64,000 nucleotides of DNA, from contig QPGO01000033.1 in the NCBI GenBank assembly GCA_008632985.1, positions 248,001-312,000 on the forward strand. Reading direction: 5' to 3'. The notes under the pieces are model-generated. The model was not told where the DNA came from, ran no database searches, and was given only the letters and a program-made list of their open reading frames with translations. Position numbers and translations under genes: made by a program. Numbering within the stretch: the first letter of the stretch is position 1; every line of letters begins with the position of its first letter. This document shows positions 38,476 to 48,477 of the stretch, in pieces. Origin of the DNA: Psammoneis japonica. Lineage: Eukaryota.

Positions 38476-39606
38476 TCACGATTCTTGACTCCGGCGGCAT
38501 GCGTTGAGTGTATTTCGTAGCAACATGGCAATAGTCATGGGTCCAACTCCACCCGGCACTGGCGTAATGTGACTAGCAACCTGTTTGGCTTGTTCATAAT
38601 TCACATCTCCCACAAGACGGTACCCGCGCTTCTTGGTATCGTCTGGGACAGAGTTGATGCCGACGTCAATCACAACGCAACCGGGTTTCAACCAATCCTT
38701 GGTGACAATCTCTGCCCTACCCACAGCCGCAATGACAATGTCGGCTCTCTTGACAACCGATTCAATGTCTTGTGTTTTGGAGTGTACAATCGTGACGGTT
38801 GCATCACGATGAATGAGCAGCAACGAGACGGGAAGACCCACCAGATTGGAACGGCCAATCACCACTGCATTCTTCCCCCTAATGGCAACGTTTGTACGAT
38901 CCAAGAGTTCCATGCATCCTTGCGGAGTACAAGGGATATGAAAGGGAATTGAATCGAGTTTGGTCCAGTCAACAAGTGTCTCTTTGCCATGCAACCGTTG
39001 ATGCGTTCCTGTGCTAGATAGCTGTGCGACATTGATTGGATGCAAGCCATCCACATCCTTGGCAGGATCTATTGCATCCAGAATTTCCGTTTGATCCAAG
39101 TGAGCAGGCAAAGGCAACTGTACCAGGATACCATGAACCTTGTCGTTTGCGTTCAACTCTTTGATTTTGCCGAGGAGAAATTCTTGTGTAATTGATTCGT
39201 CCAGTGTTTCTCCAAAGGTATTATCAATGCCACATTCGGCACAAGCCTTTTTCTTCATGTTGACATAGGTTTGTGAATCCACTCGGGATCCCACCAAAAT
39301 CACCGCCAAGCCAGGCACCAGCCCATTGTGCGTTTCAGCGAATTCTTGAATATCGTTCTTGATTTCCTTTCGAATCGTCTTGGCAATCGCCTTGCCATCA
39401 ATAATCTGTGCTTCCGATTTAGTTGTCATTTTCATGCAGCCAGAAAACGGAAACCTACGGCTAACAAAGTTTGAACCAATCGTTGTAAATCCATCAACCA
39501 CGACGAGAATTGCAAAGGCCAGGAAAAGAATGTTGGTGGTAAACCAACCGTTTTCTCGTGGAAGCACAATGTTGAAAGTTACAAAACGACACGTCAAGGC
39601 ACACAC
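38476..39606 (-). CDS. folD: Bifunctional methylenetetrahydrofolate dehydrogenase/cyclohydrolase (5' end uncertain; first in-frame ATG at 39435)
   Basis: IIDGKAIA, PGLAVILVG, HGILVQLPLP, KDVDGLHP, PCTP, VIGRSNLVGLP and ITPVPGGVGPMTIAML. Confidence 0.95.
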   Translation of the reverse strand: MCALTCRFVTFNIVLPRENGWFTTNILFLAFAILVVVDGFTTIGSNFVSRRFPFSGCMKMTTKSEAQIIDGKAIAKTIRKEIKNDIQEFAETHNGLVPGLAVILVGSRVDSQTYVNMKKKACAECGIDNTFGETLDESITQEFLLGKIKELNANDKVHGILVQLPLPAHLDQTEILDAIDPAKDVDGLHPINVAQLSSTGTHQRLHGKETLVDWTKLDSIPFHIPCTPQGCMELLDRTNVAIRGKNAVVIGRSNLVGLPVSLLLIHRDATVTIVHSKTQDIESVVKRADIVIAAVGRAEIVTKDWLKPGCVVIDVGINSVPDDTKKRGYRLVGDVNYEQAKQVASHITPVPGGVGPMTIAMLLRNTLNACRRSQES

Positions 39607-39910
39607 GAACGCTTCTGGCTACTTCTAATGATCGATGAAGAACGCTGCCACTGTTTTGTTGACATTGACACCTCTTTTGCTGCTATCTGCGTTGCGTTGC
39701 GTTGTTTTTGATGCTTTTCATTCTCGCATGATGATGAATGACGTGTTTTCTGTCTTGCTGCTTGTGTGTCGGTGTGTGACTACGGTACTATTCCCCCCAA
39801 ATGCCTTTTCGCGCGCATGCGCACGCACGCGAGAAACACCGCCGTCTGCCTGCTTGCCGTCGACAACGCCGATGTCGATCTGAATCATTTTTTTCTCCGC
39901 AAAGTTGACC

Positions 39911-41455
39911 ATGACGACGAGGCTGATTGTATCATCACGACTTGCGGCAGCATCATTAACGCACTGTCAACCGTTTGTCGCATCGAGTCATATTCTAAGT
40001 AGAGGAAGAGTAAGCAGAACACTGTCGACCAGCGCTACAGAAAACGACAAGAAGCATTTTGACGTATTGATTGTTGGTGGCGGTGTTGCGGGTGCCACTC
40101 TAGCCAAACAAGTAAAGGAACAAGTGGGCGGTGCGTGTTCTATTGGACTAGTAGAACGCGGTCCATCACCTTTACAGAAAGCAGCAAGAGACCCGTCACT
40201 GCCTCCTCATCCACGAGCCTATGCGTTGTCTCCGCACTCGCTAAGACTGATTGGAAGCAACATTCTCAGTCAGGTTCAACTCGGCAAATACGATTCCATG
40301 CAACTCTGGGAAAAAGACTCTCCATCCACGTTAATCTTTTCTCAGAGCGATCTAGACTTTACCTCGTCTGAAGAACAGCCAATTCTGGGAGCAGTAGTAG
40401 AAGACGAGCCTTTAGTAAGAGCCTTGTGGGCAAACCTAGAGGAGGATGCTTCTGTAACAACCTTTCCCGAGTCTACCATTGAATCTCTGGAAATACCACC
40501 AAGTAGTCAAGAACTGGTGAAACTTACATTAAATCAGAAAGATACACGACAGGACTTGACAACTCGATTGTTGGTGGCTGCAGACGGCGCCAATTCCATG
40601 ATTCGAAAGGCATGTGGGATTCCCTGGTTGGGATGGGACTATGGGAAAACCGCCGCGACCTTTACCGTGGAAATAAAGTGCAACAGCAAGCATCGCCGAG
40701 CCTTTCAGCGATTCTTACCAAACGGGCCATTGGCCTTGTTGCCAACCTATTCCAAAGACCACGCCACCATTGTGTGGAGTACGACTCCGCAACACGCTAA
40801 ACAACTCGTCAGCATGGATGCAGATCCATTGGTAGAGGAACTCAACCAAACTCTGCTAGTCGGACCACAACGATTACCGCCACTGATGCATCATCATGAT
40901 AATTCTATCCTTCACAATGTGCTGTATGGCGCAGAACGGCTAGTCGATACAATGCATTACGGTTTGACTATGTCTCACTGGGCCGAACACGATGAGACCT
41001 TTGTTGTACCTCCCAGTATTGTAGGCATTGCCAACGGCCCACGCTTTGCTTTTGACTTGTCCTGTCGACAGGCAGGGTCCTATATTGCCAACCGTGTAGC
41101 ACTGGTGGGAGATGCGGCTCATACCGTCCATCCCATGGCCGGTCAGGGTCTCAATCTCGGGCTACAAGATGTGACGGTCTTGGCCAATACGATACAACAA
41201 GCTCACAATGCTGGAATGGATGTTGGTATGGATAACATGTTTCTACAATCCTATCATCAAGATCGAAAGCTGCACAATTCTCTAGCCATGGGTGGTATCC
41301 ACGCCTTGCATGAAATGTTTGGTGTTTTGCAACCAGAGGCATCCTTTCCTCGGAAACTGGCACACCACAGCAAGAGCTTGGGAATGAATCTTGTGAATCA
41401 TATTGGTCCTATTCGAAGGAAATTGGTTTCGATTGCTACTCAAGGGACAGCTTAA
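39911..41455 (+). CDS. COQ6: Ubiquinone biosynthesis FAD monooxygenase (COQ6/UbiH family)
   Basis: DVLIVGGGVAG, LLVAADGANS, AFQRFLPNGPLALLP and ALVGDAAHTVHPMAGQGLNLGLQD; mitochondrial-type presequence. Confidence 0.88.
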   Translation: MTTRLIVSSRLAAASLTHCQPFVASSHILSRGRVSRTLSTSATENDKKHFDVLIVGGGVAGATLAKQVKEQVGGACSIGLVERGPSPLQKAARDPSLPPHPRAYALSPHSLRLIGSNILSQVQLGKYDSMQLWEKDSPSTLIFSQSDLDFTSSEEQPILGAVVEDEPLVRALWANLEEDASVTTFPESTIESLEIPPSSQELVKLTLNQKDTRQDLTTRLLVAADGANSMIRKACGIPWLGWDYGKTAATFTVEIKCNSKHRRAFQRFLPNGPLALLPTYSKDHATIVWSTTPQHAKQLVSMDADPLVEELNQTLLVGPQRLPPLMHHHDNSILHNVLYGAERLVDTMHYGLTMSHWAEHDETFVVPPSIVGIANGPRFAFDLSCRQAGSYIANRVALVGDAAHTVHPMAGQGLNLGLQDVTVLANTIQQAHNAGMDVGMDNMFLQSYHQDRKLHNSLAMGGIHALHEMFGVLQPEASFPRKLAHHSKSLGMNLVNHIGPIRRKLVSIATQGTA

Positions 41456-41692
41456 GTCTTATATCTTCCGCACCGTATTGCGTACGGTGTACGAGGATGA
41501 TTTCACAGGATTCTGCTGTATTCTCTTAAAAATCGCACAATTCAAAATGAGCACTTGATATAGAGTTCTAGTTATTTAGGACGAACTATGCTGAGTAGAA
41601 TATCCAGAGCCACTCCAAGCTTAAGGTGCGGACAGGCTGGGAGCACATGTACGTAGCTTCGATGTGAATGGCCATGCAGACCCGAGAACAAC

Positions 41693-42079
41693 CTAAGGGA
41701 ACTCATCATGCTGAGGAAGGTCGGCGGGAAGAATATCCTGGTTTCCTTTATCCTTGCAAAAGATGTGACAAGTGGGCTTGACACGTGGCTCTAGGGTTCC
41801 AAGAGGAACCACCATGGATCCGTCGGGAAGAACCTTGTAGCAAAAACTTCCACAGTCCTTGCAAGAGTTACGAAAGACGCTTTGGTTCTTGGTAAACTTG
41901 ATGAGATTATCGTCTCCCTTGATCACTTTGAAATTGTCGGGTTTCCAGACACCCAGCTGCATGGCGGATCCTGTTTGCGCGCGGCACATTCCGCAGTGAC
42001 ACCACACCGCCAGTTCCGCATCTCCAGTGACCTGGCCTTCGAAATTTTCGCACATGCACTTCCAGTTTCGCGTCGTCAT
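41693..42079 (-). CDS. GFA/CENP-V family zinc-binding protein
   Basis: CMC, WCHCGMCR, CKDCGS and PTCHIF patterns. Confidence 0.85.
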   Translation of the reverse strand: MTTRNWKCMCENFEGQVTGDAELAVWCHCGMCRAQTGSAMQLGVWKPDNFKVIKGDDNLIKFTKNQSVFRNSCKDCGSFCYKVLPDGSMVVPLGTLEPRVKPTCHIFCKDKGNQDILPADLPQHDEFP

Positions 42080-42189
42080 GGTACCTGAAAAGATGCTTCT
42101 GCTGTGAATAGGAACGAAGAGAGCAAAATTACCGGTACCGGTATGACGATGTCTTGACGTCGACGATCTTTGTTCTTAGTGCGAAGTAC

Positions 42190-44590
42190 GTCTGTGACGA
42201 CACGCAATCTGCTTTTCGGTTGAAGTTTGCCAGTTTGTCCCTCTGCTTGTGTCTGTGTCAGTTTGTCGGCCGCGGCGCCGAGCTCTGCGTCCAAAACAAC
42301 TCGCGCTGGTTGTGTCTCGAATGGTCATGCCCTAACGTGGCCGAGATCAATTGCAGTGTTGCAGGGCTGCATGAGGCAATTACATGTGTTCCTGGTCAGC
42401 GTCAAATGGATTTTCGTGGGGGGGGGGGGGGGGGGGCAGTGCCGTGCCAGAAAGCAGCTTTGTGTTTTGAGGCCCCGCACACAGTGCAGCAGGGAATGGC
42501 TCATGCCAAGAAAAATTGCCTTGCTTGCTGCCATGCAAAAAAGTTGGGAGTGAGAAAAAAATGTCTGTCTGAGAAAGTTGATTTTCAGCCCCCAGCAACA
42601 ATTTGAGTTGGTGCTCCTGCTGACTTCCAGGGTCAAGAGTGGTGCACGACGAGACAGCCTCGCCAACGCTGCCCCCCGCCCTGCCTCTGCCGCAGCAATG
42701 TGCGAGCATGGTGTGCTGAGCTGCTGTTCTCTTCCAGCAAGTGCTGGTGCACATTGTCTGACAAGCTTGACTTGCTGGCAGCTGTGGGGGAGTGTGGGTG
42801 TGAACAAGCCAAGGGCACACCAAAACTTGCTGAGCTTTGGTCTGTCGCAGAGCTGCAAAATTCTTGTCCACCAGAGCTGCCAAAAAAGGGGGTCTCACAC
42901 AGGAAAGAGAACCAGTCTCTTTTTGAAATCACTTGGTGATGATGAACACCCATGCAAGGCAATGTCTTCTAAAGCAACAAGCCATGATCACCCAGTCAAA
43001 AACTCATCTTGCAACCAAGAAAGAAAGTGCTGAGCTTGCATGCCAGCCAACAAAAGAGCTGCTCTTGTTGACCAAGAGCTGGCTTGTGCCCCCAAGCAGC
43101 ACAGCTTGCAGCAAGGGTGTGTGCAGCAAGCTGCACTTGACACAGATTTGTCAAGAGCAGTTTGGTTGATGAGCACTGCTTTGAGAAGTTTTGAACAAAT
43201 GTCTGCAATGTGTTCAGAGGATTTGGCAATGGAGCAATGCAGTTTGTGTGTGTCAGCTCATTTCCTTGGCCAGTTGTTGAGCATTTCCTTCAGTGCAGGC
43301 ACTTGTGCCTGACAAACCATTTTTTGAACCTGGCTTTGAACCAAACCAAGACAATGGCAAAAAAATGTTCACAATCACTTTCTTGAGGGAGCAGACACCA
43401 AATGTTGCCAGCACATCTTGTGAGTGCCTGAAACACAAGAAACAAGTCAGGCCAAGGGAGAAGGGAGGAAAAGCCACCAAGACTCAACAAAAAGAGACCA
43501 GCACAAAACACAAGAAATTCAAAAGGCTGCATGCAAGAAAGACAGCACAGAGTGTGGGTCCAGACAGAGAACACACTGCACTTGCAAGACTCATCTGACA
43601 GCACATCAAAAGGTGTGAAAGCCATTGACATCAGCAACTTTGCAAGGTGTGTGCCACACCATTCCCTGAAACCTTTGTGGCACTGTGGTGAACAAAACAC
43701 CCGCCAAGCAAAAAGCTGAGCTGATTTGAGAAAGGAGCAGGTGAGGGAACATCAGCAGCAGGAACAAGCAAAACCTTCTCAAAATGGGCAATGACTTGAG
43801 AGCATTCTTGCGGTTGAAACCTGGCTGCCATGACTCTGACTGATGCAGATGATGGCAGCATGTTGCAACATCTGCAACATGTGCTGCCAGCCACTTGCTG
43901 CCGGGACAAATGGGGCTGGCAGATTGCCACTTGGTTCAGAGGATTGGACTCCCACACCTGATTTTTGATTTTGCAACACTCAGCCAAGCAGTCTCTTGTT
44001 GCATGATTGACGAAAAACAAGGATCTTTCTGATTGCATCTCAATGAAGGGGTCAAAAAAATCAGCTCTGCAAATTTGCACAGGTGCATCACTGAGGCAAA
44101 CCAAGGGGGGAGGGACATTTCTTTCTCCAACAGAAGCTTTTGGTGCTCAGAGGATTTGATCCACAGAAGAGGGCGGCGTCAACCCCTTGCTTGACGCCAT
44201 TTTTGAGAGTGTCAAATGTGTGTCATGTGGCGGCACTCAGAGAACTCAGCATTCCCATGCCCAAGACACTGCTGCTCAGCCAAATGAAGATGTCAAACAT
44301 GTTCTCAGCTGGGTGGGCAAGTGTGTGCCGACAAATGTGTGTGGTGCTGCAGGAGGAGCTTGCAAAGTGCCAATCATGAGCTCCAAAAAAATGACTGCTG
44401 GGTGGCACAAACCAAAAAATCTCCCGACTTTTTTCTCTGTGCAGCAACCTCGGTGAAGATTGGGGTCTTCTATTTCTTGCTTTGCGGGACTTGCCGCGTC
44501 CCAAATTTTGGTTTCCACGGTTCACGTTTCCTTCGAGTCACGAACTCATGATGAATCACTCCTCGAACGGTTGATCGAGGAGGTCGGCAT
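42190..44590. mobile_element. Degenerate TpA- and CpG-depleted block with poly-G at 42418-42436
   Basis: About 4 TA in ~2.4 kb; Tyr-free pseudo-ORFs; family not recognised. Confidence 0.45.
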
Positions 44591-44838
44591 AATTATGACG
44601 GTCCACAGACGAACGCAGTTGAATGAAATCAAGGCATGCAAGCAAAGCAAGCGAAGTTGAAAAGAAGTTTGAAATCTGTTTTTGCAAAGCGAGAAAGGCA
44701 TACATGTGGATCGATAAACAGCAAATCTAATGCTGTAGGGCCATAAACTACAATCCTTTTAAGATGCATGCGTTAACAGAGCGACCTGATTTGCTTTTTC
44801 TTAAGCAAAATATGTATCTATATTTTCAAGTTGTTTGT

Positions 44839-45534
44839 CTAGAACACCGAGATTCGTTGTTGTTCTAACCAAGCAAACGCAGCTGAGGCATCTTGTTCTG
44901 AAACGGATTCTTCTTCGTCCTCTGAGTCATAAACGTGGCGTGCTCGCTTAATTGAATACATTTCCTGCAGATCCAAAGAAACGCCATCCCAAGAGTTTTG
45001 TCGAAAGTGGCTTGGTACTCGTCGATGAATCTCTAAATCTTCTTCGTCTTCCTCATCACTGTCTTCGTAAATGGGTCGTGCACGTTTGAGGGTGAACATT
45101 TCTTCTTTATCATCGGATAGAGGTCCCCATGATTCTTCTCGAAAGTGGTTGGGAACTGTTCTCTTGGGCGGCAGAGAGGCCTGTTGAAGTGGCGTTTCTT
45201 CTTTTGTTGCGCAGAGCTGGTCCTGAGACTTTGTTACCTTCGGTTCGGTAGAGCAGGATGAACTACTTCCCTGTCTTTTTAGAAAAGATGAACTTCTTCT
45301 CACGAGCCTTCTGATGGGTGCACTCTTTTTCTTCGCAACGGTCGTGGTTGAGGCGGCGATTGGCGTGCTTTCCTTTTCATACTTGATGTGTCGATCAGAG
45401 GTAGCCTTCTGTAAGCTAGGACGCACCGGTTGGTCTTCATCAGTAATACCAACACGGCTGTTAGAACGGCGAAAGGTGAAGCGTACCGAAGTAGATCTGT
45501 TCATGATGGGCCGTTGATCTATTGTTCTATGCAT
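44839..45534 (-). CDS. Hypothetical low-complexity protein with an internal repeat
   Basis: 231-aa ORF. The unit VPxHFRxxSW...EM(F/Y)x(L/I)KRARxxY-acidic occurs twice. Confidence 0.7.
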   Translation of the reverse strand: MHRTIDQRPIMNRSTSVRFTFRRSNSRVGITDEDQPVRPSLQKATSDRHIKYEKESTPIAASTTTVAKKKSAPIRRLVRRSSSFLKRQGSSSSCSTEPKVTKSQDQLCATKEETPLQQASLPPKRTVPNHFREESWGPLSDDKEEMFTLKRARPIYEDSDEEDEEDLEIHRRVPSHFRQNSWDGVSLDLQEMYSIKRARHVYDSEDEEESVSEQDASAAFAWLEQQRISVF

Positions 45535-46191
45535 CGGTGCGCAACGAGAAAATTGTGAGCGACGAGATGGTCCTCAAAGAGAACCAACTCGAAACGAAAA
45601 AATCGTCAACAAGAATCGATTGGCCTGAATTTTTGTGTCACGCGATAATTTTGGTGAAGCATTGAAGATACTCCAAATCGTTATATGATCAAAATTAAAT
45701 GACATATACGTAAATAAAAATGGTTTTAACCGTAAAATTTCAATTACGTAACTATAGCAAAAAGACTACAAATGGCAGTTACAAGGAGAACGTGCAGAAA
45801 CGCAGATCCAAAGAAAAAACCGACCGTTGGGCAACAGACATGAATTTTTTCTTTCGCGCGCTTTTTGCAAATTGATCCCGCCATTTTCGATTCCCTCTGT
45901 TGATAGTGCGCCACAGAATTTGAAATCACTTTCTGTCGCGCTCGAAGGCAGTCTGGATTTCGCGCCACTACTGTCTTGGTAGTCCTTTGGGCCCTACGAA
46001 GTGTCTTTCATCAAATTCTTAAAATCAAAAGCTAATGGCTAGACTTGCCGTGCTGCCCTAGAGTAGCGACAATGATGCTGATTGATTACGGCATGCTAGT
46101 GGATGCCTGTTGTACTTTCACTATAGTTGTACGAAGAAAGTCTAATGTCGATCTTAAACTGCTGCTTTCGTTGATCCTGACCTTAGAGCGG

Positions 46192-47289
46192 TCATGAAGG
46201 TTGCCCATTCTGCAGCTCGAGTTTCCCCAATGTCGTATCGATGCTAAGTCGCCACGAACCGTGGTTCCAGAACGACCCACCCGCTGCAATGATGTGGGGA
46301 TGGTTGCTCTCCGAGGTGAACCACGGCAAACGAAAGCACGATGGATACCAGCTTTTGGCTTGACTCGCTATTGTAATTGGATTCTGTTTGTCCTTTCCTA
46401 AATGCAGCTCAGTACCCAGGAGGTCTTTCAGAGGAGGAAAGCGATTTTCTCCAAGCCAAGAGTCGGAAAAGATACAGGAGGTCAATCCTGTGTCAATGAC
46501 CACCCAAACTGGGCGCGATAGGTCTCGAAGCACATTTAAATGGATGGGTTTGTCGTCCTTCGTGTTAAACGTGAGCGATTGGCATTCAACAGCATAGTGA
46601 TGTAAGTTGGGACCAAAAGGTGAAAGATCCATCAAGTCGAGCGTTGTTGAAGAAGAATCCTCGCCAGCTTTCTTGTTTCCACGACCCAAAGTCAGCTCAC
46701 GACGGCCATAATCCAGAGAAAATGACGTGTAGCCTAATTGTTCAAGAAACGTTGGACGTGCATCATCTAGTGCCATGAGTCCGCAAAAAATACCACCCGT
46801 ATCCTGCACTACGTTGGAGGGAGGAACACCCAACACGACTTGTTGAGCTTCGTGTTCCAGCACGAGTTGAGCTTGACGCCACTCCATGCCTTCTCCGATA
46901 GTTTCCCCGTACTGCTCGTCTGACTTAGGATAAATGTCAGACACATCCACTGCAAAACGATTCGCGCCAGCAGGTGCAGTAAGAAAAGGTGAACCTGTGT
47001 CGACTACAGCTTCGTACTGATAATACCGGCCTTTACTCGACAGCACGACAGACATTGCTAAACATTCCGCAGTTGGTAAGAATCGGAGAGGAATAGTGAC
47101 ACTATCGGGTAACCTTTGGCTTTGATGTCCTCCAAGAAGAGGCTTGAGGGACAAGGCGCCTGCGGACTGCGTGAGAAAATCATGCCTCGACACTATCAGA
47201 GCAGAGCTCGCAACAGCTCCGTAACAGAGTATGAAAACGATGGCGATGAAAGAATGGTTAGCTTCAGTCCTCGATAGCGCTTGTGCCAT
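46192..47289 (-). CDS. Pepsin-like aspartic protease family protein with signal peptide
   Basis: Two catalytic motifs VVDTGSPF and VIDTGLT; flap QYGE; hydrophobic N-terminus. Confidence 0.75.
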   Translation of the reverse strand: MAQALSRTEANHSFIAIVFILCYGAVASSALIVSRHDFLTQSAGALSLKPLLGGHQSQRLPDSVTIPLRFLPTAECLAMSVVLSSKGRYYQYEAVVDTGSPFLTAPAGANRFAVDVSDIYPKSDEQYGETIGEGMEWRQAQLVLEHEAQQVVLGVPPSNVVQDTGGIFCGLMALDDARPTFLEQLGYTSFSLDYGRRELTLGRGNKKAGEDSSSTTLDLMDLSPFGPNLHHYAVECQSLTFNTKDDKPIHLNVLRDLSRPVWVVIDTGLTSCIFSDSWLGENRFPPLKDLLGTELHLGKDKQNPITIASQAKSWYPSCFRLPWFTSESNHPHIIAAGGSFWNHGSWRLSIDTTLGKLELQNGQPS

Positions 47290-47889
47290 TTCCTGATGCT
47301 GTAGACGACCGATAGATCACCGCCGTCGTGAGGCATCATCTTGCTCTCCATGGTCGCCGCGCTTTCCAAGATCCAAGATCCAAGATGGGACGACAGCCAG
47401 ACCGCACCTGAATTATTACTGTATTTATTTGTTGCGTTGCTTGTTCGCACGTTCGTTCACACAAAATGGACGGGTCCTCATCAGAAAGCAATCACCCGCT
47501 CACACAAGACCAGCCTTTACCTTTCTCATCTTTTTTGTTTGCATCGGTTATGTCATTGTGTTAAAGGTACTCATTCGTGGTTGAAATAAAACCAAGCATC
47601 ACAAGAGTAGTCTTCAAAGGATGTAAGTTACGTCCAGCGAAAAGGGGCGGTTTGCCAATCAAGTCGTGGCGTACCACTTCTATCGATAACATAGAGGGGA
47701 ATGCACAAAGTCAGTCACGATGAGATGTATCGTTAACTTAGACGAAATGATAGATTCTAAATGTTTTCTCTTTCTTTGACAACCTGAGAGACTTCTACTG
47801 TACCTACTGACCGAATGAGTAATGCTTATAGAGCATGAATGGATGCTTGGTATTTTTTAAAAAACTACTGTACCACGGCAACAAATACC

Positions 47890-48477
47890 TTATGAAACTC
47901 TGTATCCTAGTTGCATTCCTCTTGTTTCGTCCTCAACCACTCGATCTGACCAGTTCAAAGTGATTTCATCCACCCATACTTTGTCGTTACTTGACTTTAC
48001 CGGTGTCGTTGAAATCTCCTCTTCGTTGTCATCGTAGAGAGGATTGGCTCGCCTAAGTGTCATGGCTTCTTCTGTTTTGTATGGAAGTATTCCTGACCAG
48101 GAAGACCTTGATCGAAAATACCTTCTTCTTGGAGTTTCTTCTTGAGTCGTGGCCCCGTCCCGGACTTTAGTCGCTCTCTTGATTGTGAGGACGTCTGCCA
48201 TCAAGGTGCAAAACTCGATGGACTCGGCTGAGCGCTCTCTGATGTGTGACGGCGGCGTCCTTTCTTCGACATCATGATCCAATGATTCATAATCAGTATC
48301 GGAAAGTGAGTCGGCATCGTTCCACGAATTGAAGCTTGCCATCATTTCTGTTTCCACTGTACAATCGTCAGAGGTGAACGCGGAAGCCTTGGATGCAGTC
48401 TTTTCTAGAAACTTAAGCTCTCCCGGAACGCGGTGGTTGGGGAGCCAAGCAGCTGGGTGAGAGGTGGAGGTTGTCAT
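47890..48477 (-). CDS. Hypothetical protein related in motif to 44839-45534
   Basis: ORF contains PSHIRERS, LTIKRA and MTLRRANPLYDDNEEE. Confidence 0.65.
   Translation of the reverse strand: MTTSTSHPAAWLPNHRVPGELKFLEKTASKASAFTSDDCTVETEMMASFNSWNDADSLSDTDYESLDHDVEERTPPSHIRERSAESIEFCTLMADVLTIKRATKVRDGATTQEETPRRRYFRSRSSWSGILPYKTEEAMTLRRANPLYDDNEEEISTTPVKSSNDKVWVDEITLNWSDRVVEDETRGMQLGYRVS

Noticed and set aside
13358..47289. A mutator enzyme encoded in this window
   Set aside because: No deaminase (HxE...PCxxC), DNA methyltransferase or polymerase motifs were recognised. The HEXXH in OMA1 and the Cys motifs in GFA fit their own families.
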